From Perna viridis (taxonomy: Eukaryota): DNA of 64,000 bases. The first letter of the stretch is position 1, and every line of letters starts with the position of its first letter. A program made the translations under genes and the position numbers. The notes beneath the pieces were generated by a model, which saw only the letters and a program-made list of their open reading frames with translations, did not search any database and was not told the DNA's origin. Below, piece by piece: positions 62,401 through 64,000 of this stretch. The DNA is taken from positions 49,513,626 through 49,577,625 of the forward strand of contig CM074516.1 in NCBI GenBank assembly GCA_037379345.1. Direction: 5' to 3'.

Positions 62401-63850
62401 ATCTGCTTGTGTCTGTTCAGCTGTTACAATCTGCTTGTGTCAGGTAAGCTGTTACAACTGCTTGTGTCAGGTTAGCTTTATAACTGCTTGTGTCAGGTAA
62501 GCTGTTAGAATCTGCCTGTGTCAGGTAAACTGATATAACTGCTTGTGTCAGGTAAGCTGTTAGAGTTTCACTGTTCTAATCAGCTTGTTTCATGTAAGAT
62601 GTTATAATCTGCTTGTGTCTGTTCAGCTGTTACAACTGCTTGTGTCAGGTTATCTGTTATAACTGCTTGTGTCAGGTAAGCTGTTAGAATCTGCCTGTGT
62701 CAGGTAAGCTGATATAACTGCTTGTGTCAGGTAAGCTGTCAGAATCTGCCTGTGTCTGGTAAGCTGTTACAACTGCTTGTGTCAGGTAAGCTGTTAGAAT
62801 CTGCCTGTGTCTGGTAAGCTGATATAACTGCTTGTGTCAGGTAAGCTGTCAGAATCTGCCTGTGTCTGGTAAGCTGTTACAACTGCTTGTGTCAGGTAAG
62901 CTGTTAGAATCTGCCTGTGTCTGGTAAGCTGATATAACTGCTTGTGTCAGGTAAGCTGTTATAATCTGCTTGTGTCAGGTAAGCTATTAGAGTTCCAATG
63001 TTCTAATCAGCTTGTTAAAGGTAAGATGTTATAATCTGCTTGTGTCTGTTCAGCTGTTATAATTTGCTTGTGTCAGTTCAGCTGTTATATTCTGATTATG
63101 GCAGACAAGCTGTTGTAAACTGCTTACTTCAGGTAGACTGTTAGAATATGCTTGTTGCAATTAAGCTGTTGTAAACTACTTGTGTCAGGTAAGCTGTAAA
63201 AATGTGCTTCTGTCAAGTAACCTGTTTTATACTGCTTGTGGCAGGTAATCTGTCTTAATCTGCATGTGTCAAGTAAGCTGTTGTAAATGCTTATGTCAGT
63301 CAAGCTGTTATAATCTACTTGTGTTAGGTAAGGTTTTTAAATCTGTTTATATCAAGTTTCCTGCTGGAAGACATAAAAAAATAATTTATCAGGTGAGTAT
63401 TAATCTTACAAAACTTGCCAGAAAAATCCAATGTAACAAAATTCTATTGGGCTGAAATTCTGAAACATTAGTTAATATATCTTAACTTAACTTTGTTTCT
63501 TTGAATGTCACAATGAAGTTAGGAAGCAAAAGAAAATAAAATACTATTGAAAATCTGTGGTTAAATCAATGGGTATATGACTTGTGCAAGTAAAAGTAAA
63601 CTCTGAATTTTAATATTTATGTTACACAAATTTGCAGTTCTCTAATTTATTACAACAAAATATATTTCAGAATGGAACAGTAGACTGTAAAGACATGGGT
63701 TGTCCTCCTTTGAATTGTATCAACCCTGTTAAACCACCAGGACAGTGTTGTGGGACTTGTCCAATGGCCTGTACTGTTCATGGCAAGTCCTATGCTGAAG
63801 GTCAAACATTTGATGATCCCAAGGACAAATGTTCTGTCTGCATGTGTACC
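2180..63850 (+). CDS. Multi-exon gene (32 exons in window, 3'-incomplete): secreted kielin/chordin-like protein with two EGF-Kunitz-tyrosinase-like-GYD-repeat cassettes
   Basis: All introns GT-AG with matching phases; exon lengths sum to 7611 nt with no stop; domains continue across junctions (e.g. FT|GCGGNANNF, CTCQ|RGRAEC). Confidence 0.88.
4782..5030. repeat. Minisatellite, about 62 bp x 4
   Basis: Unit like agaggaatctattgaggcagaggtttatgttttctg...tgtgaggcttct. Confidence 0.85.
5335..5670. mobile_element. Non-autonomous palindromic element; inverted copy at about 51400-51742, fragment at about 50680-50775
   Basis: ctttctcccgccaaaac and gaataaccaaaatatga...aattaattatcctat occur in reverse complement at 51.4-51.7 kb. 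Confidence 0.7.
6040..6208. repeat. Minisatellite, about 29 bp x 6
   Basis: Unit like ttttggctctctagtgtttatagggcatgc. Confidence 0.85.
10421..10927. mobile_element. MITE with imperfect terminal inverted repeats (possibly Kolobok-type)
   Basis: agtaggtccagtaagg (10428) versus ccttatcagacctact (10905-10920), with TTAA-like flanks. Confidence 0.55.
11566..12071. repeat. Minisatellite, 39 bp x about 13
   Basis: ttccatcaccacccctgtatacccaatataagtttactattt, near-identical units. Confidence 0.95.
15874..15998. repeat. Direct duplication, about 70 bp period
   Basis: tctataattaaatacagggggtggatccagggtttcagg occurs twice. Confidence 0.8.
17353..17410. repeat. (GA)n microsatellite
   Basis: About 29 GA units. 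Confidence 0.98.
19905..20485 (+). mobile_element. Helentron/HINE-like non-autonomous element with degenerate internal repeats
   Basis: Shares gatattgaactgatt...gatgagttac...gagttatgcccct motifs with 58880-59625. Confidence 0.5.
20643..21139 (+). CDS. Exon 2: TSPN/laminin-G-like N-terminal domain
   Basis: tttacag acceptor; open frame EYNVLSNVRRY...KGYQF...HCNRTHVSINNNC...QKFQ; CAG|GTAATA donor. Confidence 0.82.
21545..21830. repeat. Minisatellite, about 59 bp x 5
   Basis: aatctgctccacatactgtgaaacctacctcaacagaaccccattctactgacgtc units. Confidence 0.9.
23085..24165 (-). mobile_element. Penelope-like retroelement 3' remnant with a 38-bp tandemised end, split by a nested insertion
   Basis: Minus frame EGYSAMRFMSSLQK...HHKLLD...MRTNLF and ARAC motif; same terminus (agagtaatcaagggaacca) as the other copies. 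Confidence 0.75.
23600..24098 (+). mobile_element. SINE-like insertion with 11-bp target-site duplication
   Basis: GC-richer island ending gctgaaatattgc...taaaccccaacaatcaatcaa; flanked by cttcctgaagt and cttccagaagt. Confidence 0.7.
24473..24539 (+). CDS. Exon 3: end of TSPN-like domain (GEVRQSKVY...VCPES)
   Basis: ttttgcag acceptor, G|GTAAGT donor; completes KFQ|G motif; phase 0/1. Confidence 0.8.
25835..26015. repeat. Minisatellite, 28 bp x about 6
   Basis: attcctttgatttcctaggctgaaagag units. Confidence 0.9.
26138..27170. repeat. Minisatellite, 36 bp (some 34 bp) x about 29
   Basis: gatttctttgatgtcagtatgtggcaatgactgtat units. Confidence 0.96.
28133..29357. repeat. Minisatellite, 44 bp x about 28
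   Basis: ggtctggtgtagaaatagaagacatgtctgcagatggtcgctt units. Confidence 0.96.
29741..29872. repeat. Tandem repeat, about 42 bp x 3
   Basis: aatactgatctgtctaaagcttgtgtgatatcagcaaaa units. Confidence 0.9.
32649..32800 (+). CDS. Exon 4: linker and coiled coil (...QVTQLKLVVDSLTTE)
   Basis: ttttcag acceptor, GAG|GTATTG donor; phase 1/0; heptad-like pattern continues into exon 5. Confidence 0.75.
33578..33712 (+). CDS. Exon 5: coiled-coil end and N-half of a VWC domain
   Basis: NTGLKTKIRQYEETCVC...CTIGNKIYDEGQTWSEGRCVVCTCQ; tacag and CAG|GTATGT sites. Confidence 0.9.
33821..33960. repeat. Long inverted repeat (about 64-bp arms)
   Basis: aagaattggc...gtgcatatt pairs with aatatgcac...gccaattctt. 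Confidence 0.85.
34335..34383 (+). CDS. Exon 6: truncated VWC end (RGRAECRTRSDSPSCK)
   Basis: ttttcag acceptor, T|GTAAGT donor; phase 0/1. Confidence 0.82.
34362..34521 (+). repeat. Exon 6 donor-spanning tandem repeat, 32 bp x 5
   Basis: tctgattcacctagctgtaaat|gtaagtta unit. Confidence 0.9.
34827..35045 (+). CDS. Exon 7: EGF domain 1 and N-part of Kunitz domain 1
   Basis: PCSSNPCKNRGYC...YKCICITPWDGPNC; CVLPPDPGTC...RYYYD...C.PFNFT. Confidence 0.93.
35285..35600 (+). mobile_element. 3' end remnant of a CR1/L2-type LINE
   Basis: LFRHTFVYS..SLCNTLPNEIRSA...FRHRLKIFL resembles the ORF2 C-terminal WN.LP..IR...FK..LK motif. Confidence 0.55.
35625..35960. repeat. Minisatellite, 42 bp x about 8
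   Basis: catagtattgtggttgtactgcattcactttgccaaagt units. Confidence 0.92.
36065..36195 (+). CDS. Exon 8: Kunitz 1 C-part and start of GACC module
   Basis: GCGGNANNFESHSAC...KGACCF...ERRCQ; CAG|GTAGGT donor. Confidence 0.92.
36158..37895 (+). repeat. Exon 8 donor-spanning tandem repeat, about 56 bp x about 31, with a higher-order period near 560 bp
   Basis: ctaccactggtcctcagcaggaagagagaagatgtcag|gtaggttaggttacagat; identical ORFs at 36640 and 37200. Confidence 0.95.
38583..38784 (+). mobile_element. Penelope-like element 3' terminal fragment next to the exon 9 acceptor
   Basis: Reverse complement of about 57362-57565; near-identical pseudo-ORFs MLPVFSGV...YRYN. Confidence 0.85.
38793..39013 (+). 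CDS. Exon 9: GACC module end and half-VWC
   Basis: VYSLGECKG...PGQICAEAGC...GCNYGDRVYQPGE...CQQRCTC; phase 0/2. Confidence 0.88.
39518..40404 (+). CDS. Exon 10: tyrosinase-fold domain 1 and start of GYD repeats
   Basis: IRREIRDM, HGSAFFLPWHRYYL, LPYFDF, FGGDG, HQYIGGDM, YDPVFIAIHAFIDKLYWDWQ. Confidence 0.95.
40696..40881 (+). CDS. Exon 11: G-[YF]-[DN]-x-x repeats
   Basis: GYNRDGYNLQGFNKEGFDRYGYDVKG...; phase 1/1; not in the + strand ORF track. Confidence 0.92.
41255..41494 (+). CDS. Exon 12: GYD repeat end and helical linker
   Basis: GFTREGYDQYGF...CNYLFNGP...RLCPQL; A|GTAAGT donor. Confidence 0.9.
41579..41654 (-). mobile_element. Short Penelope-like terminal fragment
   Basis: agagtaatcaagggaaccaaggttatagc...ccagggacaaaga, matching 57362. 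Confidence 0.8.
41871..42113 (+). CDS. Exon 13: Cys-rich module
   Basis: CTVNPCQSAVCQAYPEAVCRIDLCRECRAVWYRDGKKVNC; phase 1/1. Confidence 0.88.
42008..42570 (+). repeat. Exon 13 donor-spanning tandem repeat, 118 bp x about 4.5
   Basis: Donor copies at 42114, 42232 and 42350; sequence decays distally. Confidence 0.9.
42823..42981 (+). CDS. Exon 14: EGF domain 2 and start of Kunitz 2
   Basis: DFCQPSPCLNGGIC...CRCPPGYDGPRC...VCTLSVSH. Confidence 0.93.
43291..43498 (+). CDS. Exon 15: Kunitz 2, GACC motif, start of GYD insert
   Basis: GTCTQRLSRWYYN...CEEFIFTGCNGNSNNF...CQSRCMEGACCY...GYDEKGYDR. Confidence 0.93.
43540..44290. repeat. Minisatellite, about 22 bp x about 34
   Basis: ctccactgtttctgggttatat units. 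Confidence 0.9.
44745..44854 (+). CDS. Exon 16: GYD-repeat region
   Basis: YGFTLGGVN...YNRNGFDRQ; phase 2/1. Confidence 0.85.
46724..46889 (+). CDS. Exon 17: GYD repeats
   Basis: GFDRDGYNRHGQDRQGYDRAGFDTSGYD...GFNR; phase 1/2. Confidence 0.9.
47147..48961 (+). CDS. Exon 18: GACC module end, half-VWC, tyrosinase-fold domain 2 (about 47451-48174), long GYD repeat, linker
   Basis: Inside the 635-aa ORF; KRKEIRE, AFLPWHRYFL, IPYYDW, HSWVGGHM, DPVFLSHIAFIDKIWDSWQ. Confidence 0.95.
49135..49229 (+). CDS. Exon 19: Cys-rich module 2, N-part
   Basis: LCFITYYFSKCPLGRYPVTCAENICQRRQCP; phase 2/1. Confidence 0.9.
49240..49670. repeat. Degenerate minisatellite, about 48 bp
   Basis: gtcattacactgagtggtgaatgttacagtctctaagtcttcctaaagcat units. 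Confidence 0.8.
49839..49931 (+). CDS. Exon 20: Cys-rich module 2, C-part
   Basis: GIPDAVCRINTCGSCSLEWYNVQTGNTVQCS; homologous to exon 13. Confidence 0.9.
50090..50575. repeat. Minisatellite, 33 bp x about 15
   Basis: actcaccatgaccagttgattgtcccca-type units. Confidence 0.93.
51173..51252 (+). CDS. Exon 21: VWC
   Basis: GCVDDQGVDHIEGSSWRTSPCQTCQCL. Confidence 0.9.
52047..52140 (+). CDS. Exon 22: VWC C-half
   Basis: NSMITCAKKVCDSPRC...GQCCPTCE. Confidence 0.9.
52072..52437 (+). repeat. Exon 22 donor-spanning tandem repeat, about 73 bp x 5
   Basis: acttgtgaag|gtaag with GT at 52141, 52215, 52286, 52359 and 52432. Confidence 0.92.
52752..52999 (+). CDS. Exon 23: VWC plus half-VWC
   Basis: GCFYDGRIY...CQKCMC...GKCCPTC..C...W..SPCQHCSCV. 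Confidence 0.92.
53197..53290 (+). CDS. Exon 24: VWC C-half
   Basis: NGQEQCHTIRC...PPGECCPVCE. Confidence 0.9.
53391..54205 (-). mobile_element. Penelope-like retroelement RT remnant, internally deleted
   Basis: Minus-strand PMGTNCAPLLADLFLHSYE, IYPKELEIKDT, SASFLDL, VNFP and LIHYARAC. Confidence 0.88.
54394..54567 (+). CDS. Exon 25: VWC
   Basis: CLFEGKVIKDGE...CTTCTC...GGCCPVCDS; donor could be 3 nt earlier. Confidence 0.88.
54887..55072 (+). CDS. Exon 26: VWC
   Basis: CEYDMKTYVHG...DPCLNCSC...GNCCDFECP. Confidence 0.9.
55567..55773. repeat. Palindromic non-autonomous element (hairpin)
   Basis: gtaatttcatattggccctgttataggttt pairs with aaacctataacagggcatatatgaaattac. Confidence 0.75.
56005..56267. 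repeat. Long inverted repeat (about 90-bp arms)
   Basis: tgaaataattttgaattgaacagaag...ccctgtaacatgcc pairs with ggcatgttacaggg...cttctgttcaattcaaaattatttca. Confidence 0.88.
56404..56580 (+). CDS. Exon 27: VWC
   Basis: CVDGGVEYQEGDKW...DPCKVCTC...GQCCKDCT; A|GTAAGT donor. Confidence 0.9.
56532..56980 (+). repeat. Exon 27 donor-spanning tandem repeat, 57 bp x 8, in frame
   Basis: tgtactcatggtctacag...gattgtacaa|gtgagtca; ORF 56496-57017 reads through. Confidence 0.95.
57064..57243 (+). CDS. Exon 28: VWC
   Basis: CLYNGRVYHDGQTF...CRQCTC...GACCPICK. Confidence 0.92.
57362..57885 (-). mobile_element. Penelope-like retroelement 3' remnant
   Basis: Minus-strand PVYGVFTS*LIRYARAC*NYADFLYRAR...RLKSSLQKFYGR followed by the conserved terminus. 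Confidence 0.88.
58329..58409 (+). CDS. Exon 29: VWC N-half
   Basis: GCIYEGRNYRHGD...CTRCTCLE. Confidence 0.9.
58616..58788 (+). CDS. Exon 30: VWC halves
   Basis: GQVNC...GDCCPTCAECIFGGRTY...PCVSCLCK. Confidence 0.92.
58880..59625 (+). mobile_element. Helentron/HINE-like element with internal tandem units
   Basis: 5' gtctgtctgtc microsatellite; about four gatgagttacagatcaa...gttatggcccttgaa units; short 3' hairpin gtattg...caatac. Confidence 0.6.
59856..60044 (+). CDS. Exon 31: VWC halves
   Basis: RGHLTC...GQCCPTCDGCFF...CKICLCQ; CAG|GTAAGC donor. Confidence 0.92.
60029..63335 (+). repeat. Exon 31 donor-spanning satellite, about 29 bp x roughly 100, with higher-order blocks
   Basis: aatctgcttgtgtcag|gtaagctgttat; the first unit is the real exon end; a block recurs about 580 bp apart (60481 and 61062). 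Confidence 0.95.
63671..63850 (+). CDS. Exon 32: VWC halves; gene continues beyond window
   Basis: NGTVDC...GQCCGTC..CTVHGKSYAEGQTF...CSVCMCT|GTAAGT. Confidence 0.92.
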
Positions 63851-64000
63851 GTAAGTTACTCTTTCATTTTCTAAGACTATCCATTATATCTGTTATTTGT
63901 GATTTCTTTGTTTGATTTGACCGGTAGATATTTTCATTGGATGTTTTTTATGCATTTATTTTTGTTTTGATTACACTTTTATTTTGTGTCTTTTGTCATG

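Overview
AT-rich animal genomic DNA, most likely a bivalve mollusc (inferred from repeat families and composition). Nearly the whole window is one + strand gene, assembled by hand into 32 GT-AG exons whose phases all match (ATG 2180, or in-frame 2168, to 63850; 7611 nt, about 2537 aa). The gene is still open at the right edge. The predicted secreted protein has a kielin/chordin-like frame: signal peptide, TSPN/LamG-like domain, coiled coil, half-VWC, and at the far end at least 11 VWC repeats. Between them sit two tandem copies of a cassette: EGF, Kunitz, GACC Cys module, half-VWC, tyrosinase-fold domain, G-[YF]-[DN]-x-x pentapeptide repeats, Cys module. Both tyrosinase-fold domains lack some canonical type-3 copper histidines. 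A second pattern: at least 9 exons have their 3' end duplicated in tandem into the next intron, usually with the splice donor (2 to about 100 copies). Introns also hold LINE and Penelope-like remnants, a nested SINE-like insertion, MITE/Helentron-like elements, long hairpins and minisatellites. Exon boundaries come from manual reading with no transcript support.
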